From positions 1 through 64,000 of the IMG/VR virus record IMGVR_UViG_3300043425_001634: DNA of 64,000 bases; one strand, given 5' to 3'. This DNA comes from a virus. The notes under the pieces are model-generated. The model was not told the origin of the DNA and ran no database searches. It saw only the letters and a list, made by a program, of their open reading frames with translations. Position numbers and translations under genes: made by a program. This document shows positions 38,967 through 48,073 of the stretch, piece by piece (position 1 is the stretch's first letter; each line of letters opens with the position of its first letter).

Positions 38967-39455
38967 ATGGCTTCTTTGTTGCTAAGTTTAAACAATTTGT
39001 CAGTTGAAATTGGTTGCGCTTGTAGTCCTTTTTTAGCAGGAGGATATAAGCGTACTATGCTTGATTTTGCTCAAGTAGAGCGAACTATAGTTGGCACCCC
39101 AATGATGGGTTCTCCATTCTATATTAATCCTTTTTTTTGGGAAATACAGTCAATTCTTAAAGAAACTGAAATGACAATGTTACAATTAATTTATAAAACA
39201 TCGGACAACTTAAGGAGACAGCATAAACCTTACGCAATAAATTGCCAAGATACAATTGAATTCATTGTAGAAGAAAGCACAAATTCTCGTCAAATTGCCA
39301 CAGGATTTTCTTTGCAAACGATTGAAAACACCGTAGGTATTAAGTATTATGGGGCATTTCCAGTATGGATCGGCAACTTAGAAATTCAGCGAATAAAAAC
39401 ATCTCACCTGTGGCAAGCTTCATTTCAACTGACAGAACTAGATCCTTTAAGTTAA
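38967..39455 (+). CDS. Putative distal tail / minor tail protein
   Basis: ERTIVGTP...WEI...ASFQLTE pattern; upstream of a fibre gene. Confidence 0.55.
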   Translation: MASLLLSLNNLSVEIGCACSPFLAGGYKRTMLDFAQVERTIVGTPMMGSPFYINPFFWEIQSILKETEMTMLQLIYKTSDNLRRQHKPYAINCQDTIEFIVEESTNSRQIATGFSLQTIENTVGIKYYGAFPVWIGNLEIQRIKTSHLWQASFQLTELDPLS

Positions 39456-39461
39456 AAAAAT

Positions 39462-40811
39462 ATGGGTACTTTATTAGTTTATAACGGCGCAAAATGGGTT
39501 TCGATAGAACCACACGCATTTAGTCACGCAACTGGCGGCAAGGATGAACTAATGGCGTCTCTAATTGGTGCCGCAACTGAAGATTACGTTGATAGCGTGA
39601 TTGCTCATGTTGCTGATAGCGTGATTGCTCATGTTGCTGATACTGATCCACACCCAGATTATTTGCTCCAATCCGAATCAGATACATTATACGATTCAAT
39701 CGGTACAGCTAACGCAGCAATTTTAAGCCATGTTCAATCACCAGATCCCCATCCTAATTATTTGAATCAGTTGCAAGCCGACAGTTTGTATGATTCTTAT
39801 GGAGCCGCCGCAAGTGAAATCGGCGATCATCTAACAGCAAATAATCCACACCCTGGTTACTTGACTCAATCGACGGCTAATGCTTTATATGATTTTTTTG
39901 GTACGGCAGACACAAAACTCGCTGATCATATTAGCTTAGAAAATCCGCATCCCATTTACTTAACTCAAGCAGAAGGCGATACAGTTTATTCTGCCTTAAA
40001 TCATAATCATCCTTATGCCTCAATTAATCATAAAACACAGCATGAACCCCTCGGCAATGACTCTTTGGGTGGATATGCTCTTACCGTCCATGCCCATACT
40101 GGATCTAATATTTCGGGAAATATTTCTGGTAATGCGGCAAATATCACTGGAATCGCAGCGATCGCCAATGGTGGCACCGGAGCAAGTACCGCAGCCCAGG
40201 CACTTACCAATTTAGGTGCCGCCGCTGCCAGCCACAACCACGCCGCCAGCGCCATCAACTCTGGTACGGTGGCGATCACCAATGGCGGCACTGGGGCATC
40301 AACTGCCGCTGGCGCTCTTACGAATCTTGGTGCAGCACCGGCAACTCATACTCATGCCGCAAGCGCTATTACCAGTGGCACGATCGCGATCGCAAACGGT
40401 GGCACCGGAGCAAGTACCGCAGCCGCCGCTCGTACAAAATTAGGTGCAGCAGCAGCATCGCACACTCATGCTGCATCTTATATAGAGGCAGCAACTTTCC
40501 CTTTTGCAGCAGGGTGGAGTGAATATAGCCCTACTTATAGGTGTTTGATCGAAAAATATGAAGCCATAATGTTTCTTGCTGGCTTGGTAGAAAGATCAGC
40601 CACAAATCAACCGTTAATTCTTGTTTTACCCACTGAATATATACCTTTCAGCAGAAAACTATTTATGTGTTGGGGTATGATTGGTTCCACTTATACACCT
40701 TGTCGTGTTGATGTTGAGGTCAACGGCAACGTTTCATTAATCTACCCAATAACAAGTGCAGCAATAAGCTGGCTATCACTGGATTCAATTATTTTCAATC
40801 AAAGGCAATAG
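39462..40811 (+). CDS. Tail fibre protein
   Basis: Four H....PHP.YL repeats, three AI.NGGTGASTAA repeats and a C-terminal receptor-binding-type domain; exact 24-nt duplication near 39591. Confidence 0.88.
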   Translation: MGTLLVYNGAKWVSIEPHAFSHATGGKDELMASLIGAATEDYVDSVIAHVADSVIAHVADTDPHPDYLLQSESDTLYDSIGTANAAILSHVQSPDPHPNYLNQLQADSLYDSYGAAASEIGDHLTANNPHPGYLTQSTANALYDFFGTADTKLADHISLENPHPIYLTQAEGDTVYSALNHNHPYASINHKTQHEPLGNDSLGGYALTVHAHTGSNISGNISGNAANITGIAAIANGGTGASTAAQALTNLGAAAASHNHAASAINSGTVAITNGGTGASTAAGALTNLGAAPATHTHAASAITSGTIAIANGGTGASTAAAARTKLGAAAASHTHAASYIEAATFPFAAGWSEYSPTYRCLIEKYEAIMFLAGLVERSATNQPLILVLPTEYIPFSRKLFMCWGMIGSTYTPCRVDVEVNGNVSLIYPITSAAISWLSLDSIIFNQRQ

Positions 40812-40812
40812 A

Positions 40813-40856
40813 CTCATAAGCCCTTGGTCTCGTGTTCAAATCACGCTTGAGCCATA
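40813..40856 (+). other. Degenerate att core copy (3' half of tRNA with CAT anticodon)
   Basis: CTCATAAGCCCTTGGTCTCGTGTTCAAATCACGCTTGAGCCATA; 42/44 identical to 47907-47950. Confidence 0.8.
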
Positions 40857-40968
40857 GACACCGCATCAGGGTACACTGCTGTAGGCTCAATGCGGTGTTT
40901 TTTTCACACCATGCTACAACTTTGCTACATTTTTTGTACTTTGTTTTGTAGTTAATCAAAATATTAAT

Positions 40969-42405
40969 TCAAGGAGCCAACTTAGCTTTTTTCGCTCTTT
41001 TTTTAGAATACCATTCAGCAATTTCAGGCACCCATGCTTGGAAATGCGGCCAAATTAAATCGCAGAGTTTCTGACATTCTAACTGGGCATCTTTTTTCCA
41101 GCGCATATCTAATAAATGCATCAGCGATCGCACATTTAAAGACATGACCCAATGTTGTCGCACATCAAAGGGAATAATCCCTCTAGCGTGTTCTTCCGCT
41201 GCCCCTTCAGAGATCAGTTGTTGATAGCGTTTTGCTGCTTCTAAACACCAAGCTAAATCGCGATCGCGCTGTGCTTGAGTATAGTCATAACGCTTTCCTT
41301 GGCGATCGGTGTAACTGCCCACGGGACGCAGATAAAATACTTCTTCGAGATCGCGTTTTCCTGTCGCCGCATCAACGATCCGATTTCCCGTATAGCGGTT
41401 AGAGTTATGCACCACCATACCATTGGCGACAAAATTATGCCAAGGACCTTCTACTTCTAGGTCATAAGTCATTTCAAATCCCAGGAATTCAACGCTTTTT
41501 ACCTTAATTGGATGCGATCGGAGTTTATTCCCTGGTGATTTCGGTTTAGGTTGCCAATTTTTTGCTTCGAGAATCGGTTGATAATTTTTGGCAAACTCCG
41601 CCTCTTTGTTATTTTTCTGTTCTAGAAACTCTTTATTCCGATAAAGTCCATTGCCTGCCACTGCCATGCCATTACATAAGACCCAGCAATTTTTAATCAT
41701 GTTAATTACCTGACCATTTTCGGCTGTCATTAAACCGACCGCTTCCCCCATTGTTTGCCAGCCGAATGTGGTAAATAAGCGGTGATTGGTCGTACAATCT
41801 AAGGCTTTACCATCTTCTAAAGTTAGGCGATAAACAGGTTGAATCCCTTTAGCCATCACATCCTTAATATGTCCGAACTCAAAAAAGCCAGTGGTTTCAT
41901 TCAGAACCCTTAGCCGCATTTTTTTGATTCGGGTTTTGCCATCACGACGATATTCTCCAGTGGGTTCTCCGTTTCGACCTTGTTTTAATCGTTGGCGAAT
42001 CGCTTTTTTGCCATTCGTCCATAACTCGTAAAGTTCCGCAATTTTGATTTTGCGTAAACTGCCACTAGCATGAACAAATGTCACCTCAGTATTTCCCGCC
42101 AGACACTGCACGTCGAAAGAAATTCCTACGCGGTGAGTTCTAATTTGCTGCATCACACTATGAGGAAAATATCCACAATTAAAAACAATGGCAGGGTGTT
42201 CGCAGCTACCAAAGTGTCCGCGATCGCCTGCCAATAATCTTTTTACAGCAATTTCTCCGCACTTGCTTTCTGATGGCCATTTGTCCAACTTAGATAACCA
42301 CTCATCTATTACATATTCTTCGCTGTAATCCTGGTGCATTGCTGCATAAATAATTTGCTGAGGATTCGCAGCTTTAGATAGCACTTCTACTCGAAATTTT
42401 TCCAT
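40969..42405 (-). CDS. thyX: Flavin-dependent thymidylate synthase with intein
   Basis: GHFGSCEH, QQIRTHRVGISFDVQ|...|SNRY, EHARGI and AQLEC. Confidence 0.95.
   Translation of the reverse strand: MEKFRVEVLSKAANPQQIIYAAMHQDYSEEYVIDEWLSKLDKWPSESKCGEIAVKRLLAGDRGHFGSCEHPAIVFNCGYFPHSVMQQIRTHRVGISFDVQCLAGNTEVTFVHASGSLRKIKIAELYELWTNGKKAIRQRLKQGRNGEPTGEYRRDGKTRIKKMRLRVLNETTGFFEFGHIKDVMAKGIQPVYRLTLEDGKALDCTTNHRLFTTFGWQTMGEAVGLMTAENGQVINMIKNCWVLCNGMAVAGNGLYRNKEFLEQKNNKEAEFAKNYQPILEAKNWQPKPKSPGNKLRSHPIKVKSVEFLGFEMTYDLEVEGPWHNFVANGMVVHNSNRYTGNRIVDAATGKRDLEEVFYLRPVGSYTDRQGKRYDYTQAQRDRDLAWCLEAAKRYQQLISEGAAEEHARGIIPFDVRQHWVMSLNVRSLMHLLDMRWKKDAQLECQKLCDLIWPHFQAWVPEIAEWYSKKRAKKAKLAP
41404..42105 (-). mobile_element. 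Intein (234 aa) in the ThyX signature motif, no evident endonuclease
   Basis: Begins CLAGNTEV; block B CTTNHRL; ends TYDLEV...HNFVANGMVVHN followed by Ser +1. Confidence 0.93.
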
Positions 42406-42453
42406 AAATTAGATATAATAAAACAAGAAGTTAAAGTTATTTTAGTACGAATC

Positions 42454-42939
42454 ATGGATAAAGCACAAGAGATTTTACACAGTTTAGAAAAATTAATTAA
42501 ATGGCGACGCGGGCAATCAAGATGCAAGCACTCTAAAAGCATTAGAGAAGGTAGTGTATTGTGCGAAGAATGCGGATTTCTTCGCTTGCCTGTGGTCACA
42601 ACATACCCGTCACAATGCAAAAAATGCGAACAACAACTTTCTAAGGTTGATGCAAGGGGTATATACTGTCCAGTTTGCAATTCTTACGAAAACTGGTTCT
42701 GCGCTCCAGAATTGCTCGTAGAAAAACACAGAGAATCAATTAAAGATTTTGTTGTCAGATGTCTGGATAACTATCCAGAACAAGAAGACTTTGCAAAAAG
42801 AATGGGATGGCCTAATTGCAGCGATCGCCAATTGGTTTGGTTGGCAAGCTTTCTCAACGAACAAACGATCGTTGAGTCAATCTTAACTTCTCACAATAAC
42901 GAAATCACTTCGCCGATTCCCCGAAAAAAAATCAGTTAA
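42454..42939 (+). CDS. Zinc-ribbon protein (several CxxC motifs)
   Basis: CKH, CEEC, CKKC and CPVC. Confidence 0.7.
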   Translation: MDKAQEILHSLEKLIKWRRGQSRCKHSKSIREGSVLCEECGFLRLPVVTTYPSQCKKCEQQLSKVDARGIYCPVCNSYENWFCAPELLVEKHRESIKDFVVRCLDNYPEQEDFAKRMGWPNCSDRQLVWLASFLNEQTIVESILTSHNNEITSPIPRKKIS

Positions 42940-42992
42940 TTTTAGCAATTTTTATTTACCATGCAAGCAACTCAATATTTTACAAATACAAC

Positions 42993-43038
42993 CCTGTCAG
43001 CACCCAAGGTAATGCGACTCACCTTGGGTGCTGACAGG
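42993..43038. terminator. Perfect 18-bp inverted repeat between convergent genes (bidirectional terminator candidate)
   Basis: CCTGTCAGCACCCAAGGT-N10-ACCTTGGGTGCTGACAGG. Confidence 0.7.
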
Positions 43039-43064
43039 ATTTTGTCAAAATTTATATTTTTATA

Positions 43065-43818
43065 TTAATCCATAAAACATCCACATCCGCCCAAGTCAAA
43101 CAAATCTAGCTGAATTTCAGAATTATTCACCTGCTCACGCAAATTCGCTAAAGAAATATCTTTTAAAATGGTAACTGGTTTTTGCAATAAATTTTGCATT
43201 TCTTTTTCGTGATCTTCCCATTCAAGAAACCTTTCTGGAAAGTATTTTAGTAGTTTTCGCCATTGTGCTTTTCCGCCTCGAACACACGCTCCTCCGCAGT
43301 TATTGTGCGGAAATCCTTTGCTATAAAGTAAAGGCAAGCAAATTCCTAGTTTGCTAATTTCATGCTGGCACTGGAGTTTATCCCAGTAAGGCGGATCGCA
43401 AAGTGGAGCAAGCACATCCCAGGGCTCCCAGGACGATTTAATCTTAGACAGTCTGTGAATCTCACTCCAGTCAATTCCTACAATTAATTTAACTGAAGTA
43501 TCACAATTATTCTGTACCCAATTAAGGCAAGTTTCCTGTTTTAGGACGTGGCTACATGGAGCAATTCGACTATTTCCAAGCCATCGCTTATCTTTAAAAA
43601 CTTGTTGCGGAGTTCTTCCGTCCGAAACAAAACAAAGAGGAATTAATGTTTTTTTTGCTGAACTCATCGATAAAACGATATAAATCTGGATCTTCTATTT
43701 TTGTGTCAGCAAACAATAAAGTGATTTGAGTCGTTTTTGCTGTTTCTAGCAATTTTAATACAGAAGCGGCAGACCCTACTCCTCCGCTAAAAAAAACTAC
43801 ATATTTTTGTTCTATCAT
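43065..43818 (-). pseudogene. PAPS-reductase-family (PP-loop) protein split by a frameshift in an A8 run (43649-43656)
   Basis: FSGGVGS and FADTKIEDPDLYRF in one frame; DGRTP...HNNCGGACVRGG...GCGCF in the next. One fewer A fuses them. Confidence 0.8.
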
Positions 43819-43914
43819 GTTTTCTCGTTTAAACTTTATCAAATATTTTAGCACATAAAATCCCACCATTCCATTAATAACAGAAAGGTTTAATGGAATT
43901 TTATCAGCGGCCAA

Positions 43915-46900
43915 CTATACCGATTCAAAAATTTTCGGAGTCAGTCCAAAAGATTGGCAAATTTCTGTCAAAAATTCTTGAATAAATGAGACAAAACCAG
44001 AGGGATCTAGCCATTTTGCCGCCACCAGCATCTCCTTAAGTCTATCAATTCCATATTTTTTGATAGCAGAGGCAACAAATTTAGTGGTACAAAGCACATC
44101 TTCTTCTATTGTTTGATGAGCCAGATGCTCCCAATGTTCGCCATAAAATTCCAAAGCCAGGTTGGTCAAGGCTTCAGTTGTATCTTCTGTTTGTTTAATT
44201 TCGCTATATATACTGTCTAATAGCGAAATTAAACAATTTTTCAACGCCTTAAATCCACCAAAAGCTTGGGCAATTTGACTGATCCGCCCTTTCGTCACTC
44301 CCACAAAATCTGCTACCTGCTGACAGGTTTCTGCACCCGCCTTAATCGCCTCCCCAATTTTCCGCTTGAAACGATCAACTATTCCTAGGCATTCAGGACT
44401 GAGTGATTCCAGATCAACAACCTCGACTTTGTAACCAAGGGGAGATAAGTCAACATCAGTAATTACCCATATAGTTATATTTTCCTCGCGCAAATTCGCT
44501 CTTGGGCGGCCAATAGCCTGTTCGTATTCAATGTAAATTTTTTCAAGCAAATACTGATTTAGCTCATCTTCAGAAGGAAGATGAACAAAAAGAAGGTGAA
44601 ACTCGCTTTCTACTGATGCGAGATTTTGTGCTGGCGTCAAAGTCAAGATAAGATCCGTCACGCCTTGCTCGTAGAAATAATTTGTTCCGCGACTGTGACT
44701 GCTAAAAAAGTATCGATCGTCGCCTAATTTTTTGCTGCCGATAATCGCAGCCTTGGGGCATTGCTGTAAAATTGCTTCCTTAGCCGCTTCGATCCGGCGC
44801 GATTGATCTGCCCCCCGGTGCAGATAGGATTTGAGAGGAATTTGCTTAATTATTAAATTTTTTGATTTTTCTGTTTCCTGGCAAATAACAAAAATTTCGT
44901 CTGGGCCGCATCGTAAGATGGCCGCCAAGCGATCACGTGAAAGCGTAGCATCAGAGAAAATATTTTTTTCAGCCTCTCTTGCTATTACAGGGATGCGATC
45001 ATTGAATAGATCGATCATTAGACTTCGACGGCTAACATGAAAATGCCCTATTTTTTGCCCTGTGAGAATCGCAAAAAAGTGATGCAACCATTGTTTTGTG
45101 AGTTTTTCCGCTTGGGATAACTTTTCTTGGGTAAAGGCGTGTCTTAATGAGATCGCCTCTTTTCCTGTTAATTCACTGCCGTCGAAAGAATCGTTCAGAA
45201 AATCTAGCTTTGGAGAAATCGCCTCATAAACTTCCTTGAGTTCTTCATGTGTAAATTTTCCCATTAAATCTTTGACATTGAATGATTCAATGATCTTGGA
45301 GTGAGGCATCCCAAAGCGGGAGTTGTCTTCGGAAATTATTTTTCTGAGAATCTTGACTAACTTCCCGATTTCAAATGCTCTTGACACTGATTGAAACGAT
45401 TGCAGGATTTCAGTAAAAAAATTGTCCAACAGATCCAAGTATCCAGCAGAATCTACTTGTTTTACGGATGCAATTAACTCAGTAAAGTGATAAAAGCCAT
45501 GCTTTTGATAAATATCAGCAATAAAGCTACATACTGGTAAAGGCGTCTGAGATGATTGAGCTAAATAATTCCACAATTTCTCGAAAAACTTTACTCCCAT
45601 TTCCTTTGCAGTCACCGACAAGTCATGCGCTTGGCGCAGATTTGATACCATTAACTTCATGCAAGATTTGAGCGTGTTAAAATCACCAAACTTGCCAATA
45701 ATTTGATTGCTGATATCGCTTGAAGTTGCCGCATCAAATCTTAGCGAGTCTATTACATTGAAGTTAATATCGCAAAAAGTTTTTTCTAAATCTTCCAGCG
45801 ATACACCAATAGAATGGACTATCGGGACTGAACCAAATTCCTCCCAATAAAGCAAGCTACCCAGGTCTTTTCCTTGTTGCGATTTTGCATAAGGGAAAGA
45901 TTCACCGTCAAAAGCCAATTCTTTGGGCTGGGGCAAGGATTGAGGGTGGATAATTATAGCGGACTTACCCAGACCTTCTCTCCGCTGATAAATGTAATTG
46001 GGATAGTCGCCAGCAGATCCCTTAATTTGAGGTGATTTGCAAACATTAAAATAAGGGCACGATACACAGCCAATTCTCGAACTATCCGCATTCTCGATCC
46101 CCGCAATCCTTAATGCCGTGAAAATTTCAGGAACGAAGCAACTGGGGGGTGCCGCCAATTGATCCCCTTGCTTCGCAACGCGGTATTCTCCGGTGGCTGT
46201 CTTTGTTACTCCTTTGTGTCGGGAGTCGATCCGTGTGACACTTTTCAATCCTTCTACTGTTACGTTCCGTGGATCTTGAGTGACAAAAATGATTCGACTG
46301 GCACCAAAATACTCTCCGCCAAGTTCAATCATTTCCGCTGCGGTGTAGCTTTTTCCTGTCCCGGTCGGGGAAATATCTAAAATATATTTTTTTTCAGAAG
46401 CTAAAGCCGCTTCAATTGCTGCGATTCTTCCGCCCTTTGGAAAATAAAGATCGACAAAAGATGGCTTGCGAATAAATGCTTTCCGTTCGTTTTTTGCTGC
46501 AACAACAACTTCTTCTGTCGGGTATAATTTTTTCAGAGATTTGGCTAGTTGTCTCTGATATTTTTCTTCTTCTTCTAGTAATTTTTCGACCTTTAACCCA
46601 CACTTAACTGCGGCATCTTTGAATTCGCCGACAGATAACCAGCGCACTTTTTGTTCCCAAGTTGCTGTTTCTTCGCCAAGATCAACTAACCAGTCATCTG
46701 GAGATGGAATTAGGTTGCCGTTTAACTGGCCGTAATCGGCAATCACAATCTCCAAGAAATTGTTTTCTGAGTTTCCGATCGCCTGAAGCTTTTGGATTTG
46801 CCCCCAGGTTCTTTGAGCCACTTGGGGATTCCCTAGGCTGTTCGCGTCAGCAAAAATCCCAAGTTTTTTGGGATGATACTTGCGAATATAGCTTCTAATT

Positions 46901-47784
46901 TGCGCCTCTCCGCTCGTCCAATTACCACCGGCTGCACCAATTAAGGTTCGCTCTGTTTTTAAAAATACAATATCAGTTTTTAAAAACCCTTCAGTGAGCA
47001 ACGGAAAATCTGGCTGGTCTCCGACCATGATCGCCAGGGGTGACTCCACTGCACCTTCGGTAGAGACTTTAAGTTTGTATTTTCCGCCACCAGATAACCA
47101 CTTGTATTTGCCGATCTTGTTTTCGGTGCGGATTTGTGCCGCGACAACTTGCCCGTATTGCCGAACCGGGCAAAGAAAACCGGGATCTGCTATTCTAAAT
47201 TCCCCGCCAAAAATTCCTGGGAATTCTGTCCCCGATACGCGATCGCCGGGGTTGATCGAGACATAACCAAATTCTTTGATCTGAGATTCGCTCAGACCTC
47301 TCTTGGTTAAATCATTAAAATGAATATCCGATAATCCAAGCTGTTGTTGAATTTTTTTATAATTTCTATCGCGATCATGGGTGTTTTGAATCTTAATTTT
47401 GGTCGGATCTAGCTGGACGTATGTTTTAATTTTTGGCTTGGGAATAAGATCACCACTGTTTTTGGGGCGCTCATATCCTCCATCCTTCAACGGTAACGGC
47501 AATCCAAGTAAATCATGGGCTCTTTCAATTTGCTCTTTCCATTCCGAAATACCACACAGCAATCCCACTAATTGAGAAGGAAACCACGCCTCTTCGCAAG
47601 TATGGCAATAGATGTGAGGCGAATCATTGCTTGCATAAAGATAAGCACTGTAATGCCTATCTTCGTGTTGCGGACTCGGACATCGACAAGAGCGACCTCT
47701 TGTTTCCACTCCTAAAATATCTAGGAGCCGGGGAAACATTGTATTGAGGTTTTCATTGCATCTATCAAAATCAAGTAACGGCAT
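43915..47784 (-). CDS. Primase/helicase-like replication protein (Zn finger, Toprim-like and P-loop domains)
   Basis: CPSPQH...CHTC, LTEGFLK, FADAN, SPTGTGKS and QAIGRPR. Confidence 0.8.
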   Translation of the reverse strand: MPLLDFDRCNENLNTMFPRLLDILGVETRGRSCRCPSPQHEDRHYSAYLYASNDSPHIYCHTCEEAWFPSQLVGLLCGISEWKEQIERAHDLLGLPLPLKDGGYERPKNSGDLIPKPKIKTYVQLDPTKIKIQNTHDRDRNYKKIQQQLGLSDIHFNDLTKRGLSESQIKEFGYVSINPGDRVSGTEFPGIFGGEFRIADPGFLCPVRQYGQVVAAQIRTENKIGKYKWLSGGGKYKLKVSTEGAVESPLAIMVGDQPDFPLLTEGFLKTDIVFLKTERTLIGAAGGNWTSGEAQIRSYIRKYHPKKLGIFADANSLGNPQVAQRTWGQIQKLQAIGNSENNFLEIVIADYGQLNGNLIPSPDDWLVDLGEETATWEQKVRWLSVGEFKDAAVKCGLKVEKLLEEEEKYQRQLAKSLKKLYPTEEVVVAAKNERKAFIRKPSFVDLYFPKGGRIAAIEAALASEKKYILDISPTGTGKSYTAAEMIELGGEYFGASRIIFVTQDPRNVTVEGLKSVTRIDSRHKGVTKTATGEYRVAKQGDQLAAPPSCFVPEIFTALRIAGIENADSSRIGCVSCPYFNVCKSPQIKGSAGDYPNYIYQRREGLGKSAIIIHPQSLPQPKELAFDGESFPYAKSQQGKDLGSLLYWEEFGSVPIVHSIGVSLEDLEKTFCDINFNVIDSLRFDAATSSDISNQIIGKFGDFNTLKSCMKLMVSNLRQAHDLSVTAKEMGVKFFEKLWNYLAQSSQTPLPVCSFIADIYQKHGFYHFTELIASVKQVDSAGYLDLLDNFFTEILQSFQSVSRAFEIGKLVKILRKIISEDNSRFGMPHSKIIESFNVKDLMGKFTHEELKEVYEAISPKLDFLNDSFDGSELTGKEAISLRHAFTQEKLSQAEKLTKQWLHHFFAILTGQKIGHFHVSRRSLMIDLFNDRIPVIAREAEKNIFSDATLSRDRLAAILRCGPDEIFVICQETEKSKNLIIKQIPLKSYLHRGADQSRRIEAAKEAILQQCPKAAIIGSKKLGDDRYFFSSHSRGTNYFYEQGVTDLILTLTPAQNLASVESEFHLLFVHLPSEDELNQYLLEKIYIEYEQAIGRPRANLREENITIWVITDVDLSPLGYKVEVVDLESLSPECLGIVDRFKRKIGEAIKAGAETCQQVADFVGVTKGRISQIAQAFGGFKALKNCLISLLDSIYSEIKQTEDTTEALTNLALEFYGEHWEHLAHQTIEEDVLCTTKFVASAIKKYGIDRLKEMLVAAKWLDPSGFVSFIQEFLTEICQSFGLTPKIFESV

Positions 47785-47906
47785 ATTGTAATTTACCTGT
47801 AATGTGTTGACAACAAGATAAACGGGACAAGGCAAAGATTAAGCAGTGATAATTTTAGTGAAAAATTTTATTGTTCCCACAAGAGATTCCTTAGACTTCT
47901 TTAGTC

Positions 47907-47950
47907 CTCATAAGCCCTTGGTCGCGTGTTCAAATCACGCCTGAGCCATA
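47907..47950 (+). other. attP core: 3' half of tRNA(CAT) upstream of the integrase
   Basis: CT-CAT-AA loop, T arm GCGTG-TTCAAAT-CACGC, acceptor strand CTGAGCC-A; no 5' half; about 120 bp before the integrase. Confidence 0.85.
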
Positions 47951-47958
47951 TATACTGC

Positions 47959-47990
47959 AAGCGATCTGAGGAATTTAGATCGCTTTTTTT
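47959..47990 (+). terminator. Terminator following the att core
   Basis: AAGCGATCT-N9-AGATCGCTTTTTTT. Confidence 0.7.
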
Positions 47991-48073
47991 GTGAGAATAA
48001 ATATATCCATAGGTAGGCATTTGGTTTCTTTTGTATTTAAAATTTTAAGCAGGAGTTAAGCGGGAGCAAAACT

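Noticed and set aside
39462-40811. Diversity-generating retroelement or invertible fibre cassette
   Set aside because: No reverse transcriptase, template/variable repeat pair, invertase or inverted crossover sites seen in the window.
40813-47950. Complete tRNA-Met/Ile genes at the two CAT-anticodon segments
   Set aside because: Neither copy has a 5' acceptor strand or D arm upstream, so they are treated as att cores.
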